Assembly: GCA_034530875.2 (NCBI GenBank) | Contig: JAVRCJ020000003.1 | Span: 64,001-128,000 of the forward strand | DNA length: 64,000 nt | From: Nostoc sp. DedSLP01 | GTDB taxonomy: Bacteria > Cyanobacteriota > Cyanobacteriia > Cyanobacteriales > Nostocaceae | Direction: 5' to 3' | Shown: in pieces, positions 49,443-60,103 of the stretch | How the letters are laid out: each line of letters opens with the position of its first letter | Position numbering within the stretch: the stretch's first letter is position 1 | Translations under genes and position numbers: made by a program | The notes under the pieces: model-generated | What the model was told of the DNA's origin: nothing | Database searches by the model: none | The model's input: the letters and a program-made list of their open reading frames with translations, nothing else

Positions 49443-50402
49443 ATGTCCTTCAAAATAGATCGTGGATTATTTAGATATGATTTCATAGATCATCACGCAG
49501 TTTTATGCGTTCCAGTCGATGCGGATATCAAAGATATTCGCAAACGCTATCTTCAAATTGCTCGTCGCTTACACCCAGATAGTATTATTACTGAAAATCC
49601 CGAGCAAAAACAGCTAGGCAATGAATTTTTATCAAAGCTGGTTAACCCAGCTTACGAAAAACTTGCTAACGAACGTGCCAGGGTCGAATATATTCTGATT
49701 TTGTCGCAAATGGGCAAGCGTCTGGTACACGAAGCTACTACGGTGACTATAAACACAGAATTAGGCAGACAGTTAGCTAGCGCTCCCAATCTCGATGGTT
49801 TCTATAAAAGTGCGATCGCTAAACTTGCCCAAACCCAATATGATTCTTTAGACCAAGCCCTAAATGTCATAGGGCAAATTAGCGAGTTGAATTTAGTCTA
49901 TTTAATGCGGAGTGCAACCAAGCCATCCGCGACAACACCATATACTCAACCTAAAGTTAACTCAGCTCCACCGCCACCTAAACCAGATGCGGCAAAACAA
50001 ACACCACCAGCGCCACCAGCAGTCAAAGAAGACTCGGTTGTAGAACAGTATGTTCGTCGCGCTCAATCTTTGATGGAGAAAAACCAATTTGCCCAAGCGA
50101 AAGTAGAATTGCAGGATGCTCTCAAGCTAGAACCGAAAAATAGTCACTGCCATAGCTTGATTGGAATGGTGTATTTGAAGCAAAATCAGCTAAAAATGGC
50201 CAAAATCCACTTCGACAATGCACTAAAATTAGACCCCAACGACCAAACAGCGTTGCAATGGAAACCTAAAATAGATAAAGCTTTAGGACAACAACCTACC
50301 GATCAGAAGGTGACTTCATCCCCCAATAATGGAGATAAGCAACCAGATAAATCTGGTAGTGGTGGTTTGTTCGGTGGTTTGTTTGGTGGGAAGAAAAAAT
50401 AA
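49443..50402 (+). CDS. J-domain + TPR protein
   Basis: IRKRY..IARRLHPD, Pro-rich linker, C-terminal TPRs. Confidence 0.88.
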   Translation: MSFKIDRGLFRYDFIDHHAVLCVPVDADIKDIRKRYLQIARRLHPDSIITENPEQKQLGNEFLSKLVNPAYEKLANERARVEYILILSQMGKRLVHEATTVTINTELGRQLASAPNLDGFYKSAIAKLAQTQYDSLDQALNVIGQISELNLVYLMRSATKPSATTPYTQPKVNSAPPPPKPDAAKQTPPAPPAVKEDSVVEQYVRRAQSLMEKNQFAQAKVELQDALKLEPKNSHCHSLIGMVYLKQNQLKMAKIHFDNALKLDPNDQTALQWKPKIDKALGQQPTDQKVTSSPNNGDKQPDKSGSGGLFGGLFGGKKK

Positions 50403-51613
50403 TGGTGTATCAACCAGCAGCGGGAGCCAGGGATTTATTACCCTTAGATGTGGCGAAAAAACGCTGGATTGAAGATAGATTACAACAGGTGTTTCATCGT
50501 TGGGGATATCACAGGATCATCACCTCAACTTTAGAGCGAATGGATACCTTGATGGCAGGGGAAGCAATCCAACGCCAGATGGTTATCCAACTACAAAATA
50601 GCGAAGACGATGAATTAGGCTTGCGTCCAGAATTAACAGCATCAATTGCTCGCACCGTCGCTACTCGTATGGCAGGTGTAACTTATCCCCAACGGCTGTA
50701 CTACAATGCCAATGTATTTCGCCGTACTTGGGAAAGCAGGCATAATCGCCAGCATGAGTTTTATCAAGCTGGAGTTGAGTTATTAGGCGCTGGGGGATTG
50801 CTAGCAAATGCAGAAGTGCTGCTGTTGGTAGCAGATTGTCTGGCTGCACTGGGTTTACGAGAATGGCATTTAATTTTAGGTGAAGCTGGAATTACCCGAT
50901 CGCTCCTCAATGCTTTTCCTGCTAATTTACAAGATAAAGTTCGCACTGCGATCGCTCATCTTGACCGCATTACTCTAGATAGTTTACCTCTCGGCGACGA
51001 ACTACGCGATCGCGCTCGAATCATGATGGATTTGCGCGGTTCCAGTGCCGATGTCTTGCAAAAAGTTAGTAGCTTAGGGCTAGACGAACAACAGCAACAA
51101 GCAGTAGATAACCTCAAATCCCTAGTAGGATTACTAGAATCTGAGAAAAAATTCTCCTTAATCCTCGACCTCAGCCTCATCCAGACCATAGACTACTACA
51201 CCGGCATTGTCTTTGAAGTTGTCAATGATACCGAATCCCAAAGCCGAATTTTGGGTCAGGGTGGTCGCTACGACCAGCTTTTAGGGCTATATCATCCCCA
51301 AGGAGAAAATATTCCCGGCATTGGTTTTGTCCTCAATATCGAAGATTTATACCAAGTATTGTTATCAACTGGGCAATTACCGCAAGCAACCCCAGCTAGT
51401 AACTGGTTGGTAGTACCAGAGACACCGAGTGCTGACGCTCCTGCTTTTGCTTACGCGCAAAAGCTCCGAGATTCCACTCATTTGGTACGAGTAGAAATGG
51501 ATTTGCTCAGAAAGGATGCAGACGGCATTCGCCAATACGCACGCGATCGGGGCATCGACCAAATTGCCTGGATTAAAGCCGATGGCTCACCAAAAATTGA
51601 ATCATTGCGTTAA
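50402..51613 (+). CDS. hisZ: ATP phosphoribosyltransferase regulatory subunit
   Basis: LRPELTASIAR, EFYQAGVEL, DYYTGIVFE and GGRYD motifs. Confidence 0.92.
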   Translation: MVYQPAAGARDLLPLDVAKKRWIEDRLQQVFHRWGYHRIITSTLERMDTLMAGEAIQRQMVIQLQNSEDDELGLRPELTASIARTVATRMAGVTYPQRLYYNANVFRRTWESRHNRQHEFYQAGVELLGAGGLLANAEVLLLVADCLAALGLREWHLILGEAGITRSLLNAFPANLQDKVRTAIAHLDRITLDSLPLGDELRDRARIMMDLRGSSADVLQKVSSLGLDEQQQQAVDNLKSLVGLLESEKKFSLILDLSLIQTIDYYTGIVFEVVNDTESQSRILGQGGRYDQLLGLYHPQGENIPGIGFVLNIEDLYQVLLSTGQLPQATPASNWLVVPETPSADAPAFAYAQKLRDSTHLVRVEMDLLRKDADGIRQYARDRGIDQIAWIKADGSPKIESLR

Positions 51614-51818
51614 GTGAATTGGGCATGGGGCATTGGGTATAGGAATGGGGAAAGGGAAAGGGGTAAGGGGGAAAGGGAAAGATTAAATTCATTCCTTTTT
51701 CCCTTTTCCCTTTAACCTTTTCCCCTGCCTCCTCTGCTTCCCCTGCTCCCTCTGCTCCCCTGCCCTCTTCCCCTGCTAGTCTAGAAATAGCCGATACAGA
51801 ATAGAGGGAATCGAGAAT

Positions 51819-52046
51819 ATGCCGCACACAATTGTTACAGAGGTCTGTGAAGGCGTTGCTGACTGCGTAGATGCCTGTCCGGTAGCTTGCATTCATGATG
51901 GCCCTGGCAAAAATGCCAAGGGAACCGATTGGTACTGGATTGACTTTACTACCTGCATTGACTGTGGTATATGTCTCCAAGTTTGTCCAGTTGAAGGGGC
52001 GATTCTTCCAGAAGAAAGACCAGAGTTGCAAAAAACTCCGGAATAG
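51819..52046 (+). CDS. Bacterial-type dicluster ferredoxin
   Basis: CEGVADCVDACP and CIDCGICLQVCP motifs. Confidence 0.9.
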   Translation: MPHTIVTEVCEGVADCVDACPVACIHDGPGKNAKGTDWYWIDFTTCIDCGICLQVCPVEGAILPEERPELQKTPE

Positions 52047-52126
52047 TTCATAGTCAGTGGTCAGTTGTCAGTTATTTTTTGCCAATGACCGCTGACATAA
52101 GACTAATGACTAATAACAAATGACAC

Positions 52127-52855
52127 ATGACAAATGATTATTTACTAGAAGTTCAAAACGTCCACGCTGGGTATATCAAAGACGTAGATATCCTACAAGG
52201 TGTGAATTTTCACGCTGCACCAGGGGAATTGGTAGCGGTAATTGGCCCTAACGGTGCTGGTAAATCTACTTTGGCAAAAACAATTTTTGGGCTTTTAACT
52301 CCTCATACCGGCACAATTACCTTCAAAGGTCAAAATATCGTCGGGCTAAAGTCCAATCAAATCGTGCAGCGAGGAATGTGCTACGTACCGCAAATAGTTA
52401 ATGTTTTCCCTTCCCTGAGTATCGAAGAGAATTTAGAAATGGGCGCTTTTGTCCTGAATACTCCTTTGAAACCACTCAAGGATAAAATATTTACCATGTT
52501 CCCCAAACTAAGCGATCGCCGCAATCAACGTGCTGGTACTTTATCTGGAGGAGAACGCCAGATGCTAGCGATGGGCAAAGCTTTGATGTTGGAGCCGAGT
52601 TTGCTGATTTTAGATGAACCTTCTGCGGCTTTATCGCCCATCTTGGTAACACAAGTGTTTGAGCAGATTAAACAAATAAATCAAACTGGTACTGCGCTCG
52701 TATTAGTAGAACAAAATGCCCGCAAAGCTTTAGAAATGGCTCATCGCGGATATGTACTAGAATCTGGACGAGATGCTATCTCCGGCCCGGGTCAAGAATT
52801 ATTGAATGACCCGAAAGTAGGCGAACTGTATCTGGGAGCCGGAAAAAAGCATTAA
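52127..52855 (+). CDS. Branched/neutral amino-acid ABC transporter ATPase (LivF/NatE type)
   Basis: GPNGAGKST, LSGGERQMLA, LDEPS and LVEQN motifs. Confidence 0.9.
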   Translation: MTNDYLLEVQNVHAGYIKDVDILQGVNFHAAPGELVAVIGPNGAGKSTLAKTIFGLLTPHTGTITFKGQNIVGLKSNQIVQRGMCYVPQIVNVFPSLSIEENLEMGAFVLNTPLKPLKDKIFTMFPKLSDRRNQRAGTLSGGERQMLAMGKALMLEPSLLILDEPSAALSPILVTQVFEQIKQINQTGTALVLVEQNARKALEMAHRGYVLESGRDAISGPGQELLNDPKVGELYLGAGKKH

Positions 52856-52939
52856 ATAGAGAATTCAGAATGGGCTACGCCCCGCTACGCTAACAGAATT
52901 CAGAACTCAGTTGCAAATTGCTTTAATTTAAAATTTAAA

Positions 52940-53431
52940 ATGGCTAACAGCTTAAAAATAGTTTCTGGAGGCCAAACAGGAGCAGACCGTGCAGCTTTGG
53001 ATTGGGCTATAGCTCGTCAGATTCCTCACGGAGGCTGGTGTCCCAAAGGGCGTAAAGCAGAAGATGGTGTTATTAATTCACGTTATAACTTAACTGAAAC
53101 ACCATCAGATGAATATTCCCAGCGTACTGAATGGAATATACGCGATTCTGATGGCACTGTGATATTTTCTCTTGCTGAAAAAATTTTTGGAGGCACTTTA
53201 TTAACTGCCGAATTAGCTGAAAAATATCAGAAACCGTGTATACATATTTGTCAAGAATTCACTCATGTAAATCCTGTCAGTGAATTAAGATTATTTATCT
53301 CAAACTATAAAATACTAACTCTGAGTGTTGCAGGAACAAGAGCTTCAGATGAACCAGATGTATATCAATTTGTGAAAAATACTTTGGAAGGAGCTTTTTT
53401 TTACAAAACAAATGATTATAATCCTATTTGA
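52940..53431 (+). CDS. Putative molybdenum-carrier (SLOG superfamily) protein
   Basis: IVSGGQTGADRAALD, GGWCPKGR.AEDG and RTEWN..DSDGT motifs. Confidence 0.85.
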   Translation: MANSLKIVSGGQTGADRAALDWAIARQIPHGGWCPKGRKAEDGVINSRYNLTETPSDEYSQRTEWNIRDSDGTVIFSLAEKIFGGTLLTAELAEKYQKPCIHICQEFTHVNPVSELRLFISNYKILTLSVAGTRASDEPDVYQFVKNTLEGAFFYKTNDYNPI

Positions 53432-53542
53432 TAGTGCAACATCAAGATTAAATAACTCTTAAACCGTGTAACAAGGTAATCTTAGATGCTATTTGCATCT
53501 GATATCTTCCTGATACTAAGAAAAATGTTGTCAGGTAGACTG

Positions 53543-54262
53543 ATGAGCCAAATTAATGGATTTGTAGGGCGACGTGATTTCTTAAAATTTGCAGGTGTAA
53601 TGGGTATTGGGGCTGCTGCTTTTAGTCACCGTTGGGATATACAACAAGCTGCTGCGGCTGATGTTCATCCAGTTAACCCTAATCCAGTCAGTGCTGATGA
53701 AGCTATTAGACGTTTGCTCAATGGTAACCAAAGATTTGTCCTTCAAGAAAGCAAATGTGGCGATCGCTCTCTAGAACGCTTACGATTAGTTGCTAAGGCT
53801 CAGTATCCATTTGCTGCAATACTAGGTTGTGCAGATTCTAGAGTACCTGCGGAAATCGTCTTTGACCAAGGGCTTGGAGATTTATTTGTTGTGCGAGTGG
53901 CTGGCAATGTTGCTAGTGACAGCGCTATAGGAAGTTTAGAATACTCTACAGCTGTATTAGGTTCGCAGCTAATTGTTGTTTTAGGCCATAAAAGATGCGG
54001 CGCAGTCATAGAAGCAATCAAAGACGAACCCCTTCCTGGCAGAATTGGCTTCATTGTTGAAGGTATCAAACCAGCTTTAGCAAACACCAAATTAACAACT
54101 GATAGTACTAGTGATGATGCTGTGAAAGCCAATATTAAGTATCAGGTTCAAAAATTGCAAGAAAACTCAACTCTTCTAGCCAAATTAGCCCGTGAAGGTA
54201 AACTAAAAATTATTGGTGCTTGTTACGATATTGACACTGGTAAGGTCAATATGATTAGTTGA
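53543..54262 (+). CDS. Beta-carbonic anhydrase with Tat signal peptide
   Basis: GRRDFLK twin-arginine motif, CADSRV, RVAGN and GH..CG. Start trimmed to MSQING. Confidence 0.9.
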   Translation: MSQINGFVGRRDFLKFAGVMGIGAAAFSHRWDIQQAAAADVHPVNPNPVSADEAIRRLLNGNQRFVLQESKCGDRSLERLRLVAKAQYPFAAILGCADSRVPAEIVFDQGLGDLFVVRVAGNVASDSAIGSLEYSTAVLGSQLIVVLGHKRCGAVIEAIKDEPLPGRIGFIVEGIKPALANTKLTTDSTSDDAVKANIKYQVQKLQENSTLLAKLAREGKLKIIGACYDIDTGKVNMIS

Positions 54263-54354
54263 GCATTTTTAACTTTAAATTTAATAAAAATCATATAAAA
54301 AGTAACAAAACTTTCAAATTGAAATTGCTATTAGCCAAAAACTCAAGCCAGCTT

Positions 54355-54409
54355 ATATAGCGGTTCCCAATCAAATGAGATACAGAAATTTGATTGGGAA
54401 CCGCTATAT
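54355..54409. repeat. Perfect 22-bp inverted repeat (collapsed MITE or hairpin)
   Basis: ATATAGCGGTTCCCAATCAAAT-N11-ATTTGATTGGGAACCGCTATAT. Confidence 0.8.
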
Positions 54410-54508
54410 GCAACGCTGATTTAAGAATTATGGCGTGCCTATTGTAACTCTCTCCCTAAAGTATTTAATAGTGAAGCAATGCCAATAATTTACTAGGGGG
54501 AAGGGAAA

Positions 54509-54673
54509 ATGCAAAAGTATATATGTACTGTTTGCGGCCATATTTACGATCCACAAGAAGGCGATGAAGACAGCGGTATAGCGCCAGGAACAGCCTTTGA
54601 AGACATCCCAGATGATTGGGTGTGTCCGGTTTGCGGTGCCGGAAAAGAAGATTTTGAAGCTTATGAAGGCTGA
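54509..54673 (+). CDS. Rubredoxin (54 aa)
   Basis: [54 protein letters not shown], with a purine-rich RBS. Not in the ORF track. Confidence 0.95.
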   Translation: MQKYICTVCGHIYDPQEGDEDSGIAPGTAFEDIPDDWVCPVCGAGKEDFEAYEG

Positions 54674-54718
54674 AAATAAAAGTTAGCCTAGAGATTAGAT
54701 GCCTGAAAAGAGATATTT

Positions 54719-55972
54719 TTGAAATTGCTACCGTTAAAAATTGTAGTTATCGGGGGTGGGGCAGCGGGATTTTTTGGCGCGATCGCTTGTGCTAAAGTTA
54801 ATCCTGCTGCACAAGTTACTCTCATTGAAGCTAGTCGCCAACCGCTAGCGAAAGTGCTGATTTCTGGCGGCGGACGCTGTAACGTGACTCATGCTTGCTT
54901 CGATCCTGGCGAATTAGTGCAAAATTACCCTAGAGGCGCAAAAGCTTTGCGTGGTGCTTTTACTAGATTTCAACCTCGAGATACAGTTGCTTGGTTTGCT
55001 AGTCAGGGAGTTCATTTAAAAACTGAAGCCGATGGTCGGATGTTTCCCATTACCAATACTTCAGAAACTATTGTCGAATGTCTGATTAAAGCCGCTGCCA
55101 CATCTGGAGTTAAACTTCGTATCGGTACGCCTGTAACTTCGGTGAAACACATTTCCCAAGACGAGGGGTTTGATATCTTCTTGAAGTCGGGAGAGATAAT
55201 TAAATGCGATCGCTTACTTCTTGCTAGCGGCAGTAGTTTGATAGGTTATAAAATTGCTAGGGAGTTGGGGCATAATATCGAATCACCCGTTCCCTCTTTG
55301 TTTACCTTTAACATTCTCGACCATAAGCTGAGGGACTTAGCGGGAATTAGTGTTGACTCTGTACAATTGCGCTTATCTGTAGGCGGAAAATCCCAATTGC
55401 AGCAAACCGGGCCGTTACTAATTACTCATTGGGGTTTGAGTGGCCCTGCTGTTTTAAAGCTTTCTGCTTGGGGTGCAAGAGTTTTGCACGAAAGTCGCTA
55501 CCAAGCAACATTATCAATTAATTGGCTGCCTCATTTGCAACTAGAACAAGTGCGACAACAAATTTTAGCAGTCAAAAATGAATGGGGAAAGAAAGCGATC
55601 GCATTACATCGCGGTGTTGACCTCCCCCATCGTCTTTGGCAATATATTATTGCCCGTGCAGGGATCGCCATAGAAGACCGTTGGGCAGAAATATCCAATA
55701 AAACCTTAAATTTATTGGTGCAGGAACTCAATCAGGGACAATATTTAATTAGTAACAAAGGAGTTTTCAAAGAAGAATTTGTTACTTGTGGTGGCGTTAA
55801 TCTCAAAGAAGTAGAATTCAAAACAATGGAAAGTAAGTTAGTTCCTGGGCTTTATTTTGCTGGGGAAATTTTAGATATTGATGGTTTAACTGGCGGGTTT
55901 AACTTCCAAAGTGCTTGGACAACTGCATATTTAGCTGGTAATGCAATGGGAACTAATATTATGTCGAGTTAA
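54719..55972 (+). CDS. HI0933/BaiN family flavoprotein
   Basis: GGGAAG, KVLISGGGRCNVT, THWGLSGP, VTCGGV and TGGFNFQ motifs. Confidence 0.9.
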   Translation: MKLLPLKIVVIGGGAAGFFGAIACAKVNPAAQVTLIEASRQPLAKVLISGGGRCNVTHACFDPGELVQNYPRGAKALRGAFTRFQPRDTVAWFASQGVHLKTEADGRMFPITNTSETIVECLIKAAATSGVKLRIGTPVTSVKHISQDEGFDIFLKSGEIIKCDRLLLASGSSLIGYKIARELGHNIESPVPSLFTFNILDHKLRDLAGISVDSVQLRLSVGGKSQLQQTGPLLITHWGLSGPAVLKLSAWGARVLHESRYQATLSINWLPHLQLEQVRQQILAVKNEWGKKAIALHRGVDLPHRLWQYIIARAGIAIEDRWAEISNKTLNLLVQELNQGQYLISNKGVFKEEFVTCGGVNLKEVEFKTMESKLVPGLYFAGEILDIDGLTGGFNFQSAWTTAYLAGNAMGTNIMSS

Positions 55973-56255
55973 AGAGTAATTAATCTTTTTAAACTAGGAT
56001 ATTTATTCAGATTTGAATATTGCACAATAAAAGCATAAAATATCTCGATCCCTAAATACGATAAGGGTTTAGCAATGCTAAACCCATTACTCCCTACTTT
56101 CAATTTTCAAGCTATATGTTCATGCGATCGCTGAGACAATGAAGGCATGAAAATATTTTTTCCCAGTTTGCCAGTCCTGATGTTCGAGATAGGTATCGCT
56201 AGAATGAAGAGATACTGGCTAAATGGTAAATCAAGGGCAAAATTACTGTAAATTC

Positions 56256-56450
56256 TTATCTGAAACGAGAATTTTGCTTACGACGTTGCTTGTGCCTAGC
56301 AATTGCTTTACGCTTCTCTTTTTCTATCGGCGTCTCGAAGTGACGTTTTTTTCTCATATCTTGGAAAATTCCGGCTTTGGAAACTTCCCGTTTAAATCTC
56401 CGCAAGGCTGATTCAATACCCTCATTCTCTCCTAAAACTACTTGTGTCAT
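56256..56450 (-). CDS. rpsU: 30S ribosomal protein S21
   Basis: [14 protein letters not shown] and RHFETP motifs. Confidence 0.95.
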   Translation of the reverse strand: MTQVVLGENEGIESALRRFKREVSKAGIFQDMRKKRHFETPIEKEKRKAIARHKQRRKQNSRFR

Positions 56451-56572
56451 TCTGATTCCTCCTAAACATGGATCGATAATTCAAAACTAGATACAAAATA
56501 AATATTCCAGCAGAGTCGAGCCTTTGGCTTTATCTGCTGGAGACTCTAGATGTGGAATTTTTAGGAATCGAC

Positions 56573-56884
56573 TTAGTAGCGATTGTTGTTACGGCGGGCG
56601 TTATTGCCACCCCAGTTACCACGCGAGGAATTATTTCTTTCTTCACGGGGTTTAGCTTTGTTGACTCTCAGATCGCGTCCCATCCATTCAGCACCATCAA
56701 GCGCGTCAATTGCAGCTTGTTCTTCTGCATCTGTTTCCATTTCCACAAAAGCGAACCCACGCGGCTTGCCTGTCTCTCTATCTGTAGGCAATTGAACTCG
56801 GGATACTTTTCCGTATTCCGCAAAAGCCCGCTTGAGGTCTTCTTCCGTAACCTGATAGGACAGGTTACCAATGTAAATTGACAT
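56573..56884 (-). CDS. RRM RNA-binding protein (Rbp family)
   Basis: RNP2 IYIGNL and RNP1 RGFAFVEM; upstream of rpsU. Confidence 0.95.
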   Translation of the reverse strand: MSIYIGNLSYQVTEEDLKRAFAEYGKVSRVQLPTDRETGKPRGFAFVEMETDAEEQAAIDALDGAEWMGRDLRVNKAKPREERNNSSRGNWGGNNARRNNNRY

Positions 56885-56888
56885 AAGA

Positions 56889-56931
56889 GTCTCCGAATTT
56901 AGGCATTGTAGAGAGTTAAATTCGGAGAGAC
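56889..56931 (-). promoter_or_regulatory. rbp 5' leader hairpin masking the RBS
   Basis: TCTCCGAATTT pairs with AAATTCGGAGA. The arm nearest the ATG contains the SD GGAG. Confidence 0.65.
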
Positions 56932-57281
56932 GCTTTTAGAAATCAAAACGAGTTACTCAACCGAACATAATCTTTATATGGATAAGTGTAGCACAGCCTT
57001 TGAATATGGACTCATACGGAATTTGATTTCCAAAAAAACTTTAAAGCTAGGCTTGTAGCTCTTGCAACGACACACTTTTTTTGCTTTTATATGACATTTT
57101 CAAATTGAAAAGCAAATCGGTATCAATTAGCGATCGCCCAACCAAGTTAGTCTTTTGGAAATTGAGATGTGTACTGTGTGTTTAGGATTGTTCTTTCCTA
57201 GTGCGCTTGATTATACCATAAATAAATATCTTAGAAAGGAATTTCCAAATTTTTATCTATAATATAATGTCACCAGTATTT

Positions 57282-58142
57282 TTAGCTATCGGCGAACTGG
57301 GCTAAAATCATTTCTGCTTCCCTACACAGCACTTCGTGATATTCACCGTTACTAGCCAGCAAACCTCCCCACTGATTGATATCACCTGTGTTGTATTGCA
57401 AGGGCGTACCATCGAAGTGAGTAAATTGACCGCCAGCTTCAGTTAAAATTAGTTCTGGAGCTGCCATATCCCAGTCTTTGGGAGCAGATTTGCCAGAGAG
57501 AGAAATGTAAATTTCTGCCTGTTGTTCGACAATTGTGGCGATTTTACACCCGACACTGCCAACAGCTTTTTGATTTTGACAGGGTAAATTTTGCAGTAAA
57601 TAATTTAACCTTTGGTTGCGGTGAGAACGACTTACTACTAAGGTTAAATCTTCAACTGGTTTACCTGAGGATACTTTGATAGGAACAGATCCCTCACGAG
57701 TTTCTACAAACGTTCCTCCGCCTTTTATCGCATAGTACAACTTTTCGGCTTCTGGGACTGCCACCACTGCTAAAACTGGGCGTTTTTCCTTAACTAAAGC
57801 AATGTGAATGGCATATTCCCCAGTTTTTTCGATAAAGTCGCGGGTGCCATCCAAAGGATCGATAATCCATACCCAAGGGGTAGACGGCTGTGAAGATGTA
57901 TTTACATCTTGATAGGTTTCTTCGCTGATGTAAATAAAATCTTCACCGCCCAAACTTGCTTGTAGCTTTTCAAGGATGTATTGACTAACGGCTACATCGG
58001 CAACGGTAACAGGCTCATTTTGTTTGTATTCTACTGCCAAATTAGGATCTTTAGCTGTGCCGTGATAATAAGAGCGCAGTATATCTGCTGCTTCCCAACT
58101 TATCTGACGAGCGATCGCTAATATCTCTTCTAAGTCTTTCAT
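57282..58142 (-). CDS. 3'(2'),5'-bisphosphate nucleotidase CysQ / IMPase family
   Basis: PVTVAD, SEE, WIIDPLDGTRDF, VSRSH and WDMAAP motifs. Start trimmed to MKDLEE. Confidence 0.85.
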   Translation of the reverse strand: MKDLEEILAIARQISWEAADILRSYYHGTAKDPNLAVEYKQNEPVTVADVAVSQYILEKLQASLGGEDFIYISEETYQDVNTSSQPSTPWVWIIDPLDGTRDFIEKTGEYAIHIALVKEKRPVLAVVAVPEAEKLYYAIKGGGTFVETREGSVPIKVSSGKPVEDLTLVVSRSHRNQRLNYLLQNLPCQNQKAVGSVGCKIATIVEQQAEIYISLSGKSAPKDWDMAAPELILTEAGGQFTHFDGTPLQYNTGDINQWGGLLASNGEYHEVLCREAEMILAQFADS

Positions 58143-58182
58143 TAATTTAGCCCGAATCTTAACTAAAAAAATATAACTGTCT

Positions 58183-59040
58183 TTACCTAAAATCCATCCA
58201 GCGCCGAGTACCAAAAAATTGACAAGAATTAGCAGCGATATTTGCTGCTAGTGTCAGAGCATCGGTAAAACTTTCTCTTAAAATGTAATGACAGAAGCCA
58301 CCGTGAAAAATATCTCCAGCTCCTAAGGTATCAACGGCTTGAATCTGGGGCACATCTACAATACCAGTTTTAGTGCAACTCAAGTATTCAATTGGTTTTT
58401 CTCCGTGGGTAATGGCGATATGGGGAATGTCAAATTTGCTCAAATAAGCAAAAACCCCTTCTTGAGTTTTACAGTTGGGGGGATAAAAATTAGCCGAACA
58501 GATGGCGTAATCTACAAATGGTAGAATTTGCTCGAATCCAGGTTTCCAGCTACCACCATCGATGACTATTGGGATATTTTGGGCTTTGGCCATTTGCGCT
58601 ATAGAATAACCAACAGCCATCTGATGTCCGTCAATTAATACTATGGCAACATTTTTTAAAATATCTGCTGGGATAGCTGCGCTGTTGGCTTGAGTTTTTA
58701 CAGCATTGATAGAAACTACAGCGCGTTGCCCCGTAGCTTGGGTGACAATAATCGAAGAGACTGGCGGTGCTAAATCGGTGGTAGGCTCAAGATCTGCGAT
58801 CGCTACTTGATAATTTGCCAAATCGCCTCGAATTAGCTGCGTCATTGGATGAGAACCTACCACACCCAAGACTGTAGCTTGATTACCTAAATAGGTAAAA
58901 GTTACAGCTGCATTTGTAGCCGGGCCGCCCGCCGCCACACTATAGTCAATAGCAACAATCTTTTGATTATTCTGAGGCGCAGAGTCAGCAAGGTAAATTA
59001 AATCTAAGGTTACTAAACCTACAAATAAACCATTAGCCAT
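58183..59040 (-). CDS. PfkB family carbohydrate kinase
   Basis: GGPATNAA and VDTLGAGDIFHG motifs. Confidence 0.9.
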   Translation of the reverse strand: MANGLFVGLVTLDLIYLADSAPQNNQKIVAIDYSVAAGGPATNAAVTFTYLGNQATVLGVVGSHPMTQLIRGDLANYQVAIADLEPTTDLAPPVSSIIVTQATGQRAVVSINAVKTQANSAAIPADILKNVAIVLIDGHQMAVGYSIAQMAKAQNIPIVIDGGSWKPGFEQILPFVDYAICSANFYPPNCKTQEGVFAYLSKFDIPHIAITHGEKPIEYLSCTKTGIVDVPQIQAVDTLGAGDIFHGGFCHYILRESFTDALTLAANIAANSCQFFGTRRWMDFR

Positions 59041-59155
59041 TAGTTATTAGTCATTAGTCGTTTGTGTTGGTAGTAGTATATGAATTATTTGTTTTAACTT
59101 CTCACTTTTGTACAGACGCGATTCATCGCGTCTCCTAATTCCTAACTTTTTCCTT

Positions 59156-60022
59156 ATGCAAACCGACCCCAAACCAAGAACACTTTACGTCGTTGGTACT
59201 CCAATTGGCAATTTGGAAGATATGACATTTCGGGCTGTGCGAATTTTGCAAACTGTAGATACTATCGCTGCCGAAGACACGCGCCATACAGGAAAATTGC
59301 TTCAGCATTTTCAAATTAAGACACCCCAAATAAGTTACCACGAACACAATCGTACCAGTCGCATTCCAGAGTTATTAGAATATTTAGCTAATGATAAAGC
59401 GATCGCTTTGGTTAGCGATGCTGGAATGCCGGGAATTTCCGATCCTGGATATGAATTGATTAAAGCCTGTATTGAAGCTGGAATTTCTGTAGTTCCTATT
59501 CCTGGTGCGAGTGCAGCAATTACGGCTTTGAGTGCAGCTGGACTACCAACGGATAAATTTGTCTTTGAAGGTTTTCTACCAGCAAAAACTCAACAGCGAC
59601 GAGAGCATTTAGAATCTTTGGAGACAGAATCTCGCACCATAATTTTCTACGAATCGCCACACCGTTTGCAAGATACTTTACAAGACTTAGCAGAAATTTT
59701 GGGAAGCGATCGCCAAATCGTACTAGGGCGGGAGTTAACTAAATTGTATGAGGAATTTTGGCGGGGAACAATTGCCGAGGCGATCGCACACTATAGCCAA
59801 AGAGAACCCCAAGGCGAATATACGCTAGTTTTGGCGGGACTTCTAGCCAGTCAGCCGCAATTGACACAAGAGGAATTGAAAGCCGAATTGAAACAATTAA
59901 TTAGTCAAGGAATATCGCGATCGCAAGCTAGCCGTCAACTAGCAAAAGTTACTTCTATGCCTCGTCGCCAACTCTATCAGCTAGCTCTTTCTTTAGCGAT
60001 CGAATCTGATTCTAATATTTAA
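59156..60022 (+). CDS. rsmI: 16S rRNA (cytidine1402-2'-O)-methyltransferase
   Basis: TPIGNLED, AEDTR, SDAGMPGISDPG, YESPHR and RELTK motifs. Confidence 0.93.
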   Translation: MQTDPKPRTLYVVGTPIGNLEDMTFRAVRILQTVDTIAAEDTRHTGKLLQHFQIKTPQISYHEHNRTSRIPELLEYLANDKAIALVSDAGMPGISDPGYELIKACIEAGISVVPIPGASAAITALSAAGLPTDKFVFEGFLPAKTQQRREHLESLETESRTIIFYESPHRLQDTLQDLAEILGSDRQIVLGRELTKLYEEFWRGTIAEAIAHYSQREPQGEYTLVLAGLLASQPQLTQEELKAELKQLISQGISRSQASRQLAKVTSMPRRQLYQLALSLAIESDSNI

Positions 60023-60103
60023 AGGTATAAAAAAATTAATATTATGTATGCCAAATAGTACGATTATAAATAAAGTATTCGCCTGATAATTCCCAGATTT
60101 TAG

